A stretch of 60,952 bases of DNA from Candidatus Levybacteria bacterium RIFCSPLOWO2_12_FULL_41_12 (GTDB taxonomy: Bacteria > Patescibacteriota > Microgenomatia > Levybacterales > UBA12049), in the NCBI GenBank assembly GCA_001784155.1, contig MFPL01000012.1, positions 1 to 60,952 of the forward strand, given 5' to 3'. Both the position numbers and the translations under genes were made by a program. Within the stretch, counting starts at the first letter, position 1. Every line of letters starts with the position of its first letter. This document shows, one piece after another, positions 11,265-21,003 of this stretch. The notes below the pieces were generated by a model. It did not search any database and was not told the origin of the DNA. It saw only the letters and a program-made list of their open reading frames with translations.

Positions 11265-12195
11265 AGTAAATAATAAATATTACCAAAAGACCCCAAATGA
11301 TAACCGCTGTTAGTAAAGGCTTGTCTGAAAGGAGTACTTTTTCAGGACTTTCTCCTTCGTGCTTCTCGTAAATATCTTGAAGATAGCGCATAAGTATATA
11401 GACCACCGGAATGATGGTAACCATGAGCCATTTTCTCTGAAAGAAGGTCGGCAGAAATTCCGGAAAGAAAACGCCTGTCGGAAGCGTTATATCTTTTGGA
11501 TCCTCCAGGAATGTAAAAAGAGAGTAGGAAATAAATGTTCCGGTTGCGAAGACTGAAGCGTAAACATCTAGAAGTCTTTCTGAGTAGTGAGATAAGGTTT
11601 TTCTGGTAGCAGCGATATGAGAATCCTTATTTTGTGACACTAGAGTCAACTCAGATCGTCTCTTCCCTATAGCTATGAAAAGAGAAATTGAAATGGTAGT
11701 AAGAAGAAGCCATACGGAAATGTGAAATCCTGTAGCAAACTCCCCGGCATACACTCTTAAAATATAGCCCGCTGCTATCGCTAGAATGTCAATTACAGTT
11801 ACGGTCTTTAAGAAAGACGAATACATAAACTGCAGCAACAGGTAAAGAATTGTTAAGAAGAAAAATGCTGGTGTGACAGAAAGCGATAAAGCAAGAGACA
11901 TGAAGAGTAAGAAAACAGCTATCGCTGCAGCAAGTGAGATAGGAACATCCCCGTGGGCTAATGGACGATACTTCTTAAATGGATGCAATCTATCATTCTC
12001 TACATCGAATATGTCATTTACGATATAGCTTGCCGAAGATAAGCCGCAGAATACAAAAAAGGCTATTATTACCTTGTTTAACAGAACGACGTCGAAGAGC
12101 TGTCCGGAAAAAACAATAGCAGCGAATACGGCAAAGTTTTTAATCCATTGCCTTGGTCTTAGAAGACGAAATATATCATACGGTAATTTTGTCAT
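11251..12195 (-). CDS. UbiA-family polyprenyl-phosphate phosphoribosyltransferase (DPPR synthase-like)
   Basis: LRPRQWIKN, YIVNDIFDVENDRLHPFKKYRPLAHG, KRRSEL. Confidence 0.85.
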   Translation of the reverse strand: MTKLPYDIFRLLRPRQWIKNFAVFAAIVFSGQLFDVVLLNKVIIAFFVFCGLSSASYIVNDIFDVENDRLHPFKKYRPLAHGDVPISLAAAIAVFLLFMSLALSLSVTPAFFFLTILYLLLQFMYSSFLKTVTVIDILAIAAGYILRVYAGEFATGFHISVWLLLTTISISLFIAIGKRRSELTLVSQNKDSHIAATRKTLSHYSERLLDVYASVFATGTFISYSLFTFLEDPKDITLPTGVFFPEFLPTFFQRKWLMVTIIPVVYILMRYLQDIYEKHEGESPEKVLLSDKPLLTAVIIWGLLVIFIIYFIGA

Positions 12196-13249
12196 TGTTC
12201 TTTTTAAGAAAATAATTTAAAAACAGAATTGCGCCGCCAACAAGTACTGCTACCATTATAATAGCAAACAGCTTCCCTTTGCTCGATAACACCAAAGAAA
12301 GCGCCCCCAATATAGCAGATATAATCCAGTAAAACAACGCAATTCTTCTCTGACTGTAGCCAGATGAAAGAAGTAAATGATGAAGGTGTTTTTTATCATG
12401 CCAAAAAGGAGAACGACCCGAAATTACTCTTCGAAATACTGTATAGACGCCGTCTGCCAAAGGAACTCCCATGACGAGAATTGCTGTAGCCAACTTAGCG
12501 CTTGATAGCATTGCGACAACACTGAGCAGAAGATAAATTGATGTAGCACCATACCCTGGAAAAATTTTGGCAGGATGAAAATTGTAGATGAGAAATCCCA
12601 GCGCAGATCCTGCAATTATAAAAGCGAGCTTTGCGCTTAAAATACTTGCCTCATCAATTGCAGCGAAACGCAGACTTAAGATTCCTATAACTATCGCTGA
12701 GATTGCTACAATCCCCGGCATTTGTCCGTCTACTCCCTTGCTCCAGTTAAGCATATTCATTACCCAGACTATCCAAAAAATTGCAATAAAATCAGATAGA
12801 GAAAAGACGACATGCATACCAAGCAGGCTTATTGGAAGGTTAAAGTGATTAAGATAAAGTATTCCGCCAAACGGGTTAGTTATAAATGGAATATTTACTC
12901 CACTTGCAACAATAATTATTGCGCAAGCTATTTGTACGATAAAACGAAAATATGGAGAAATGTCAATTTTATCGTCAAGCACCCCGATGACAAGCGAAAT
13001 AAAAGATGCAACAAAGATAGCAATTGTAGTAGGATTTATTGGAATAAAAATAAGAGACGCAACTACTACTCCCAGAAAAAGAGGTATGCCTCCTCCTCTA
13101 GGGATCGGCTTTTTATGAATTACGCCGGGATGTTTTCTTTTGGGGTCGTCAATTACTTTATGTTTTTTCAGAAGGCTAATTGCAGGGGGAGTTATCAATG
13201 CTGTAACAATAAATGAAATAAAAAATGACAGGATAATTGATGCAATCAT
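12176..13249 (-). CDS. MraY/WecA/TagO family undecaprenyl-phosphate sugar-1-phosphate transferase
   Basis: PIPRGGG, GVLDD, YNFHPAKIF, DKKHLHH. Confidence 0.88.
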   Translation of the reverse strand: MIASIILSFFISFIVTALITPPAISLLKKHKVIDDPKRKHPGVIHKKPIPRGGGIPLFLGVVVASLIFIPINPTTIAIFVASFISLVIGVLDDKIDISPYFRFIVQIACAIIIVASGVNIPFITNPFGGILYLNHFNLPISLLGMHVVFSLSDFIAIFWIVWVMNMLNWSKGVDGQMPGIVAISAIVIGILSLRFAAIDEASILSAKLAFIIAGSALGFLIYNFHPAKIFPGYGATSIYLLLSVVAMLSSAKLATAILVMGVPLADGVYTVFRRVISGRSPFWHDKKHLHHLLLSSGYSQRRIALFYWIISAILGALSLVLSSKGKLFAIIMVAVLVGGAILFLNYFLKKNNDKITV

Positions 13250-13599
13250 ATTACGAGTTGTATTGTTCGAATTGTGAAAAGAAGAGTCAAAATTGAAATT
13301 AGAAAGGTGGTAACAGCAAGCATTCTAGAAATTAGAGGAATAGTTTTATATATAACAGACGAGAATACGAAGTTAAAAATAGTTATGCCCAAGGCTATCC
13401 CGACGGGAAGAAAAATACCAATTGATGGACTGAATCTTTGCTCGCCCCATGGTAGTTGATTGAAGAGCGGAATGATGGGGGGGAGACTCCGAAAGCTTAG
13501 AACACCATATAAAAATGCAATTATAAGAACGATAATTGTCCCAAAGTAAAAACGAGAAAGGCTTCTGTTGAGCCGTAATTTATTAATTAATTCTTTCAT
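13246..13599 (-). CDS. Small membrane protein (3 TM)
   Basis: LPPIIPLFNQLPWG between TM helices; coupled to neighbours. Confidence 0.75.
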   Translation of the reverse strand: MKELINKLRLNRSLSRFYFGTIIVLIIAFLYGVLSFRSLPPIIPLFNQLPWGEQRFSPSIGIFLPVGIALGITIFNFVFSSVIYKTIPLISRMLAVTTFLISILTLLFTIRTIQLVI

Positions 13600-15055
13600 A
13601 GATTAAAGCGTTATCTATCTTTATTCTCTCTTTGTAGTTAAAAAGCGAAAAAGGTAAAAGCTCTTTGTCCTGCATTATTACAATAAATTTTGGCTTTTTT
13701 CTAGTCAGAGAATCAGTTACTAGTGAAGGACCATCGCTGTAGCTAGTTACATGATAAAGGACAGTGTATCTGTGTGGCGGAATTTTATTGGTCATTTTGT
13801 AAATCTGGGCGTTATTTCCCCATAAATATATAGAATCAGCATCAGTTGTATTGGAATTAATAAAACTTGCTATTTTATAATCTGTTACCGCCCTTTTGTC
13901 AAAGAATCTTATATAGTCAGTTATTGGTTTTTTCCCTCCGACGAAATCTAGGAAGTTTTTATAATATCCCACCGTTTTATATTCATAGTGAAGGGGAAAG
14001 TTAGATAGGACAAGAACCAAAGTGAAAATAAACGCTACTGATAATGTACGACGGAGTTTCTTGTTCCACAAAAGGAGTCCTATGAAAAGACAGAAGCTTG
14101 GAAGGAAAACTAGGAGATAATGAACGTATGGCCTCTGAGAAAAAAATGAATTAAAAAGTGAAAATATAAACCAAATCAAAACAAAGAGAGAAGTGCTATC
14201 GAGCTCTTTTCTTTTTCGGAATATTATGTATAAGAATAAACCAAGAGCTCCGGCTTTGACGAAAAGAAGTCCTTGGGGAATAAGTAAGAAATTGCCAAGT
14301 CCAACATAAGAAATGTTGCTAAACAGCGAGGCGTCCATAAAGTTTTTAAAGTTTGCTGTTAAAAGGAAATAAATAGATGTGATAAAAACAGGCAGAATAA
14401 ATCCCACTAGGAAGAAATATATCTTTCTGATTTCAAGCCCGCCATTTTTCTTTAAATGGAAAATTGTCAAAAAACTTAAGAATGCAAGCATATCAAAAAT
14501 AGCTACAATCTTTGTGAGAAAGGCTAGAGACAGAATAACCCCACCGCTTACAAGTAAGGCATTTCTTCTGTCCTCGGTCTTTTCAGAAAGAGAGTATAGA
14601 ATTAACAGCGCAGACATTATTATAGGAAGAAGCATGAAGTTTTCTGAGTTCGCAATGTTGCCCTCAATTATTGGTAGGCTGAAAAGAATAGCAAAAATCG
14701 CAGTTACTGTGTAAGTAATTTTTCCGCTTCGATTTTCAGAAAACAGCTTTTTTACCAAAAGAAAAAATGTCCATACGGATGCTGTTCCAAAAACCAGAGA
14801 TGCCAGTCTTAATAGATATTGCTCACCGTTTAAAAGATTATAAATAACAAAAAGCAGAGGCGGTTTGTTATCAAATGCGTCCTGATATATGGTCCCGCCG
14901 TTTCGTAGGGTAACACCAATAGCTTGATATATTCCTTCGTCTCCATACCAATAGGGTTCAAAAAGCGAGGGGAGGCGAAAGAGAAAAAAAATAAAAGATA
15001 AAATTACTAGAAACCAAAACTCGCGACTTTTCTCAAGTCTTGTTATAAGCCTCAT
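13583..15055 (-). CDS. GT-C fold (ArnT/PMT-like) glycosyltransferase
   Basis: WYGDEGIY, DNKPPLL, many TM helices. Confidence 0.85.
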   Translation of the reverse strand: MRLITRLEKSREFWFLVILSFIFFLFRLPSLFEPYWYGDEGIYQAIGVTLRNGGTIYQDAFDNKPPLLFVIYNLLNGEQYLLRLASLVFGTASVWTFFLLVKKLFSENRSGKITYTVTAIFAILFSLPIIEGNIANSENFMLLPIIMSALLILYSLSEKTEDRRNALLVSGGVILSLAFLTKIVAIFDMLAFLSFLTIFHLKKNGGLEIRKIYFFLVGFILPVFITSIYFLLTANFKNFMDASLFSNISYVGLGNFLLIPQGLLFVKAGALGLFLYIIFRKRKELDSTSLFVLIWFIFSLFNSFFSQRPYVHYLLVFLPSFCLFIGLLLWNKKLRRTLSVAFIFTLVLVLSNFPLHYEYKTVGYYKNFLDFVGGKKPITDYIRFFDKRAVTDYKIASFINSNTTDADSIYLWGNNAQIYKMTNKIPPHRYTVLYHVTSYSDGPSLVTDSLTRKKPKFIVIMQDKELLPFSLFNYKERIKIDNALIYERIN

Positions 15056-16545
15056 AGTTTTTCAGTAACCTTATACTCCATTTTTTTCCCAAACATAACT
15101 TGGGTATGAGAGATTATTGCCGGCAGGGAGTTAAAGAAAAAGCCCGCGACCGGCATAAGAACGAATTCCAGGGGAAAGAGCAATTCTCGAGTCTTAGATC
15201 TAGATATATACTTCGGTCTGTTTCTATAGTCTATGACTATCATGATAGCCAAGGCGATAATAGTAGACGCAAGTATGATTCGGGCTAGAATTGGAAGATT
15301 ATAGCCGAGTGCAGTTCTGGCAAAAACGGGGTTTATAAGAGTTATGACATTTGCAGCTATGGTTATTATGAACCAGTTAACAGGCCACAGAAAATGATCG
15401 ATAAGAACATGGAATAGAATTTTTGTTTTCTTAAAGAAGGGAACGTTGGGTACAGTAAACCACCATTTAATAAATAGCGGATCGTCAGATACCCCATAAG
15501 ACCAGCGTCTTATCTGATGGTACTTAGTCTTAAGACTTTTAATGTATGTGTGAGACATAGGTGAATCGAGCGAAGTTTTCAGAAAAATAGGGTTTGCCTT
15601 TACGTCTCCTCCTGTTTTATAAAAAGCTTTGAAAAATACGCGGTAATCCTCAGGAATAACGTCAGTATCCCAAAATCCGATTCTTTCTAGGAGCTTGAAA
15701 GATAGAGAATAAGTCGATGTAGCGATTAGTCTGTCGCCTTGAACCAATAGGCCAGTTCTCCAAAGGCTAGAGAAAAAAGAGAAGATTCTTATTGGGGCAG
15801 GTACAGTCCAGAAGTTGTTGTGGTCTACTGTCGCAGATTGCCAGAAATTATTGTATTTTTTTTCATCCTTAAGAAAGCTTTGGGTTAGGTAGGAAAGGTA
15901 TTGTGGGTCAAAGCATGTATCAGCGTCGGCAGTAGTGACAGTAGTGAAGTTAATATCAAGAGGCCCGCTTTTTATAATTTTTTTGTAAATGTATTTTCCG
16001 CCGTATGCTTCGTTTGAAGACTTACCTTTTACTTCCCCAGGAATATCAGGATGAAACGTAGAAAAGATTCCACCAAAGACTCCACCAAATTCGCGTATCA
16101 GATCATCAGCCTTTTTTCTGGCATTTTTCTCTCTTTTCTCCATTGCCAAAACCACATATATTTTCTCCTTTGGAAAGGTTTGCTGGGCAAGAGTTGTAAT
16201 AAGCCTTAATAGTTTTTCAAAACTTTCCTGATAATTTGGGATGATTACGATGTGAGCTACTTCTGAAAAGTGATTTTGCTTTTTTGATTCAGATAGCCAA
16301 TCGACTTTTTCTGCCTTTTTAATTTTCTGTGAGGCGATATACGCGGTTACCAAAAGTGCAAAAGATCGATAGAACCAAAAAACATCGAAAAACAGTACGA
16401 AGTAGGCTACTATGTAGGGGATTACCAAAGCGCCCCATAGAGGGAATAGAATCAAAAACCATGAAACAAATCCAGGAAGTATCTCTAGGGCTCGTTGGGT
16501 TTTTATAGGGTATCTGGTAAAAAACTTGTCAAAAAAGTGAGTCAT
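15052..16545 (-). CDS. Membrane glycosyltransferase family 2
   Basis: GKSSN, DAD, PED and QIRRW (QxxRW) motifs. Confidence 0.85.
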   Translation of the reverse strand: MTHFFDKFFTRYPIKTQRALEILPGFVSWFLILFPLWGALVIPYIVAYFVLFFDVFWFYRSFALLVTAYIASQKIKKAEKVDWLSESKKQNHFSEVAHIVIIPNYQESFEKLLRLITTLAQQTFPKEKIYVVLAMEKREKNARKKADDLIREFGGVFGGIFSTFHPDIPGEVKGKSSNEAYGGKYIYKKIIKSGPLDINFTTVTTADADTCFDPQYLSYLTQSFLKDEKKYNNFWQSATVDHNNFWTVPAPIRIFSFFSSLWRTGLLVQGDRLIATSTYSLSFKLLERIGFWDTDVIPEDYRVFFKAFYKTGGDVKANPIFLKTSLDSPMSHTYIKSLKTKYHQIRRWSYGVSDDPLFIKWWFTVPNVPFFKKTKILFHVLIDHFLWPVNWFIITIAANVITLINPVFARTALGYNLPILARIILASTIIALAIMIVIDYRNRPKYISRSKTRELLFPLEFVLMPVAGFFFNSLPAIISHTQVMFGKKMEYKVTEKL

Positions 16546-17336
16546 ATGCCGAACAAATCCATTGCATTTTGTGTTGTCTGGTCTCTTACCTCCTCAAAAG
16601 TTAAAGACTTGATTTCTGCGATGAAGTTACCAACTATTATAACATAAGCCGGCTCATTTCTCGTGCCTCGGTGAGGCTCGGGAGTGAGAAAAGGACTGTC
16701 GGTCTCGGTAACTATGCGGTCTATAGGCGTAGCCTTGGCGATGTCGGGGAGAGATACCGATTCTCCAGGGGGAAGCCCTTTGTATGTGATATTTCCATCA
16801 AAGCCTATGTAAAATCCTAAATCCAAGGCACCTCTTAGAATCTCCATCGAGCCTGCAAAACAGTGGAACATTCCGGGCGCGTCTCTTAGTATGTTTTTGT
16901 GATGTTTAAGAATCTCAATTATATCTTCCCCAGCGTGCCTATTGTGTATTTGAAGAGGAAGATTTAGCCTGTGCGCCAGTTCTATTTGTTTTTCGAAGAC
17001 TTCTTTTTGAACCTTTGGTTCGACAATGCCATTCGATAGATACTTGAAATAATCTAGGCCCACCTCTCCGATAGCCACAACTTTTTTGTTTTTTGCCAAT
17101 TCTTCTAAGTTCTGGATCCAGTTTTCCCCCGGTTTATCTGCATGATGCGGATGAACCCCAACAATTGCATAGAGCTCATCATATTCTTCCGACAACTCAA
17201 CAGCTTTTTGACTTGAGTCAATCTTTGTTCCCACGTTAATAATACTTCTCACGCCCTGAGATAAGGCTCTTTTAATAGCCGCGTCAGAATCTTTTTTAAA
17301 AGACTCAAAATTTAAATGGCAATGAACGTCAATCAT
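16542..17336 (-). CDS. tatD: TatD family hydrolase
   Basis: IDVHCHL, GVHPH, IGEVGLDY, ETDSPFL. Confidence 0.93.
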   Translation of the reverse strand: MIDVHCHLNFESFKKDSDAAIKRALSQGVRSIINVGTKIDSSQKAVELSEEYDELYAIVGVHPHHADKPGENWIQNLEELAKNKKVVAIGEVGLDYFKYLSNGIVEPKVQKEVFEKQIELAHRLNLPLQIHNRHAGEDIIEILKHHKNILRDAPGMFHCFAGSMEILRGALDLGFYIGFDGNITYKGLPPGESVSLPDIAKATPIDRIVTETDSPFLTPEPHRGTRNEPAYVIIVGNFIAEIKSLTFEEVRDQTTQNAMDLFGI

Positions 17337-17392
17337 AACTAGATTATAACAGGCTACTTGAAAACTTCTTACGAATAAGCTTCTATTAGAGT

Positions 17393-18841
17393 ATGAATCT
17401 ATCTAGGTTGTTTAAGCTTGATAGAACCTCTCTAATTGCGTTCTTCATAGGTTTTGTTTTTTTCTTTGCATATCTCACGCTTTCCCTGGTCAAGCATGCT
17501 CATTATTGGACCGGATATGATTTATCAATCACAAACCAAATAGTTTGGGAATTTAGCCGATTTACCCTTCCCATCTCCTCGGTGCATGCATACGCTTTCA
17601 CACCTGTATTTTCCGATCATGTTGAATTTGTCTACGCAATAATTTCGCCTTTTTATTGGATATTACCGGACGCCAGAATGCTTATTATTCTTCAGGTTCT
17701 AGCATTTATTTTGTCCGGAATTCCTATTTACCTCTTGGCTAAGAGACATAAAATAAATAACTATCTATCTCTTGCATTTTTAATTTCTTACTATATGTTT
17801 TTTGGAGTGCAAAATGCTTTATGGTCGGATGTCCATAGTCTTGTTTTCGGCATATCTTCTCTCTCATTCTTTATTTACTTTCTGGATGTCAAAAAAAAAT
17901 GGCCGGCACTTCTTTTCTTTATTCTTGCACTCACCAGCAAAGAAGATATGGGCCTTCTTACTTTTTTCATTTCTTTTGTCTATTTCCTAAAAACTCGATG
18001 GAAACTTAATTTGTTTGTGATGATGGTCTCGTTTATTTACGTCTTTGTCGTGTTTTTTGTGTATTATCCTAACTTCACTTTAGGCTATCAGTATGCAGGA
18101 GAAAATGGTGTCTTATCCAATATTAATCTTTTAAACTATTTCAATACGCCTGAAAAAAGATCGGTCTTTATCTATTCCTTTTTGCAAACGGGGTTTTTAT
18201 CTCTTCTCAATCCGTTATTTTTAATCCCATACCTTTTGGATTTGGGGCATTATTTTGTATTAGGAGAAAGAGTAACTTCTGCTCAAGGACTTTTCCTTCA
18301 TTACAGAGTAACATCGGCGATTCTTTTAATTTGGCCAGCGATTTTGGTAATCGGAAAGTTTAAGAAATTGAATAATAAATATCTAGCTCTTTATGTTTTG
18401 TTTTTTGCATTCCTGGTAACTTATCTTTTGCATTCACCCCTGACGTATCTTTCCAAGAAATGGTTCTGGACAACTCCAACTGGCGTTAAAAACATCGAAA
18501 AAGCGATTGAAGCATTACCAAAAGATGCCTACGTAGTAACCCAAACAAACATCTCGCCTCACATCTCCAATAGAAAGCTTATTGTTACTATGTGGGGGGA
18601 GGGAAAAGATTTTGAAAAAAATTCCCCTTGCGGAGAGCCTAAATGTGATTGGTTTAAGTGGTCAGGTGATCCGAAATTCATGCTCGTAGATACTGCGCCA
18701 GAGTGGAACATTCTCCATCTTCTGGCTAACAGGGAGGACTTTATTTCTGCTCTTTCGAATATGGAAAGGGAAGGGGTTATAAAAAAGTACAAACAAATAG
18801 GAACATCCACAATCTATACTGTCCACAAGCGCCCCTATTGA
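17393..18841 (+). CDS. DUF2079-type multi-pass membrane protein (GT-C-like)
   Basis: YDLSITNQIVW, DH, KED motifs; many TM helices. Confidence 0.75.
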   Translation: MNLSRLFKLDRTSLIAFFIGFVFFFAYLTLSLVKHAHYWTGYDLSITNQIVWEFSRFTLPISSVHAYAFTPVFSDHVEFVYAIISPFYWILPDARMLIILQVLAFILSGIPIYLLAKRHKINNYLSLAFLISYYMFFGVQNALWSDVHSLVFGISSLSFFIYFLDVKKKWPALLFFILALTSKEDMGLLTFFISFVYFLKTRWKLNLFVMMVSFIYVFVVFFVYYPNFTLGYQYAGENGVLSNINLLNYFNTPEKRSVFIYSFLQTGFLSLLNPLFLIPYLLDLGHYFVLGERVTSAQGLFLHYRVTSAILLIWPAILVIGKFKKLNNKYLALYVLFFAFLVTYLLHSPLTYLSKKWFWTTPTGVKNIEKAIEALPKDAYVVTQTNISPHISNRKLIVTMWGEGKDFEKNSPCGEPKCDWFKWSGDPKFMLVDTAPEWNILHLLANREDFISALSNMEREGVIKKYKQIGTSTIYTVHKRPY

Positions 18842-18873
18842 CAACGATTACGGTTTCAAGCTATAAAATATAT

Positions 18874-19038
18874 ATGGCTAAAAAAACTAGGAGGCATCAA
18901 AGCTTCAAAATGACCCCGCATGGACATCCCAATGAGAGAGTCTTTCTCTACATTGTTATTGCAGTTCTTCTGTCTGTAGCTGTGGGATATTTCTTAAAAG
19001 ATCAAGCAGCCTCGGTTCTAGGCCTCAGCTCCTACTAA
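18874..19038 (+). CDS. Small single-TM hypothetical protein (54 aa)
   Basis: ATG at 18874 behind TTGACA(18838)-18-TATAAA; basic N-terminus plus TM helix. Confidence 0.6.
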   Translation: MAKKTRRHQSFKMTPHGHPNERVFLYIVIAVLLSVAVGYFLKDQAASVLGLSSY

Positions 19039-20456
19039 ATCCTCGGGAAAAGGGGAGGGGCGGATTTAATCTTCGCTTCGCTAAACTGTTTTTCAATTCG
19101 TTCGGTAGTCTCGGGCATAAATGGTCTAAGAATTCCTGAAATTTCTAATATCCCGTCCACGAGATGCGCGAGAACGCTTTTAATTTTGGGATCCCTTCTC
19201 TTAACTAACTCCCATGGTTTTTCAGAGTCTACAAACCTATCCAGTTCTCCAATCCTTCCCCAAACTATTGAAGCCGCATCTTCAAGCCGAAAATCATTAA
19301 TTGCAGAATCATACTCTTCTTTATTCTCAACATGCGAGTCAGAATCTGAATTTTGTGTAAAATCAGCTGACTCACACAGTTTTGCTACCCTTGATACCAA
19401 GTTTCCGAGCCCGTTTGCGAGTTCTGCATTGTAAGCTTCGGTTAACTTTTCGAATGAGAAATCCCCATCTTGTCCAAAAGGGAATCGAGATACCAAGAGA
19501 AAACGCGTAGCATCTACTCCAAATTTATCCACTAATTCTTTTGGTGAAATAGAATTTCCTGCAGATTTGGACATTTTCGCTCCGTTAATTGTAAAAAATC
19601 CTGTTGCAAAAACTGATTTTGGTAGTTCCAGATCAGCCGCTTTTAAAAGTGCAACCCAGATAACAGTATGGAACCAGAGAATGTCTTTTCCAATTAGGTG
19701 TACATCTGCTGGCCAAAAATCTTTCTTGTTTTCTAAAAATTGTGTTGCAGTATAGTAGTTAAATAATGCTTCTACCCAAACATAAATAGTTTGTTTCCCG
19801 TCCCAGGGAATAGGAATTCCCCAAGAAACTCCTTCCCTGGAAATTGCTATGTCTTTAAGTTCGTCTCTGAGTTTCCCAAGTATTTCGCTTTTCTTGCTTT
19901 TTGGAAGAATTTCGACTGTTCCTTTCTCAAACCATCCGATCAGGTCTTTTTTAAACTCAGACAGTTTAAAGAAATAGTTTTTTTCTTTCTGGTGAACGGG
20001 CGTTAAATTGGGGTGAAGCGGGCATTTTTCCTCAACCAAATCGCTTTCGGCCAGGAATTTTTCGCAACCTACGCAGTACAAACCTTCGTAAACCCCTTCA
20101 TAAATAAGCCCTTTGTTATAAATTTTTTGCAAAATTTCCGAAACCTTCTTTTCGTGTCGTGGATCGGTTGTTCTGAAAAAGTGAGAGTAGTCTATGTTTA
20201 ATAATTTCCACGCTTCTTCAAACTTTGGGACAATATCATCTGCAAATTCTTTTGGGTTTTTGCCTGCATCTTTTGCAGCCTCCGCAATTTTTGCTCCGTG
20301 CTCATCCGTCCCTGTTAAAAAAAAGACGTTTTCCTCTCCCAGCTTTTCTTTATAGTACCTAGCGAGTATGTCCGCAGCCACTGTTACGTAGGCGTGCCCT
20401 ATGTGTGGGACGTCGTTAATGTAAAAAATTGGTGTAGTTAGGTAGAACTTGTTCAT
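19035..20456 (-). CDS. metG: Methionine--tRNA ligase (short form)
   Basis: FYLTTPIFY, HIGH, TGTDEHG, KMSKS; ATG at 20456. Confidence 0.96.
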   Translation of the reverse strand: MNKFYLTTPIFYINDVPHIGHAYVTVAADILARYYKEKLGEENVFFLTGTDEHGAKIAEAAKDAGKNPKEFADDIVPKFEEAWKLLNIDYSHFFRTTDPRHEKKVSEILQKIYNKGLIYEGVYEGLYCVGCEKFLAESDLVEEKCPLHPNLTPVHQKEKNYFFKLSEFKKDLIGWFEKGTVEILPKSKKSEILGKLRDELKDIAISREGVSWGIPIPWDGKQTIYVWVEALFNYYTATQFLENKKDFWPADVHLIGKDILWFHTVIWVALLKAADLELPKSVFATGFFTINGAKMSKSAGNSISPKELVDKFGVDATRFLLVSRFPFGQDGDFSFEKLTEAYNAELANGLGNLVSRVAKLCESADFTQNSDSDSHVENKEEYDSAINDFRLEDAASIVWGRIGELDRFVDSEKPWELVKRRDPKIKSVLAHLVDGILEISGILRPFMPETTERIEKQFSEAKIKSAPPLFPRI

Positions 20457-20459
20457 AAT

Positions 20460-20495
20460 TTTAGCAATTAGCATTTAGCCACTAGCAACTAGCTC
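20460..20495. repeat. Degenerate 7-nt tandem repeat (TAGCnnn) x5
   Basis: ttagcaa ttagcat ttagcca ctagcaa ctagc. Confidence 0.6.
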
Positions 20496-20571
20496 GAATT
20501 TTAGCAGACTTGACGATGACAGTCTAATAAGGCGAGTATACTAGTATACCTGTCCAGGGGTTAAGTCTGAT

Positions 20572-20928
20572 CTATTTTTTCTTAATAACAAATAATTCTA
20601 CTGTTACGAAAAGAGCGAGGAAGAGAGCTCCAAATAACCAGTGGGTAAGTCCAACTAAGCGTAAAATTAGATAGAAAAGAATTAAGAGTGAAATAACTAT
20701 TCCTTGAGTTTTTTGAATGAAAATAAAAGTCAGAACTGAAAAAATAAATCCTATTAAGGAAGTTAAGAAAATCGGTAAAACCGGAACTCCACTGTTTAAA
20801 ACTGTAAACTTATATTCCGGCGAAAATGAAAAAAATATGTAGGCTGTTGAAATTGCAAGTAAAATCGCAAGCAAAAGATAAACAAAATTATGCCTTTTTC
20901 TGGCAATTGGCTTGATTCTTATCCTCAT
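20572..20928 (-). CDS. Hypothetical 4-TM membrane protein
   Basis: ATG at 20928, basic N-terminus then four hydrophobic segments. Confidence 0.7.
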   Translation of the reverse strand: MRIRIKPIARKRHNFVYLLLAILLAISTAYIFFSFSPEYKFTVLNSGVPVLPIFLTSLIGFIFSVLTFIFIQKTQGIVISLLILFYLILRLVGLTHWLFGALFLALFVTVELFVIKKK

Positions 20929-20964
20929 TTTGTCCACTAAACCCAGTATAGCATTTGTGACCTC

Positions 20965-21001
20965 TTGACAGGAATTAGCAATCATGGTATATTACTGCTA
21001 A
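20965..21001 (+). promoter_or_regulatory. hrcA promoter with overlapping CIRCE operator
   Basis: TTGACA(20965)-17-TATATT with extended TG; TTAGCAATC-N9-TACTGCTAA at 20975-21001 covers the -10 box. Confidence 0.85.
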
Positions 21002-21003
21002 TT

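Noticed and set aside
20501-20528. Third CIRCE near metG (TTAGCAGAC...)
   Set aside because: The right arm does not match; TTTTAGCA is better explained as the minus-strand extended -10 box TGCTAAAAT
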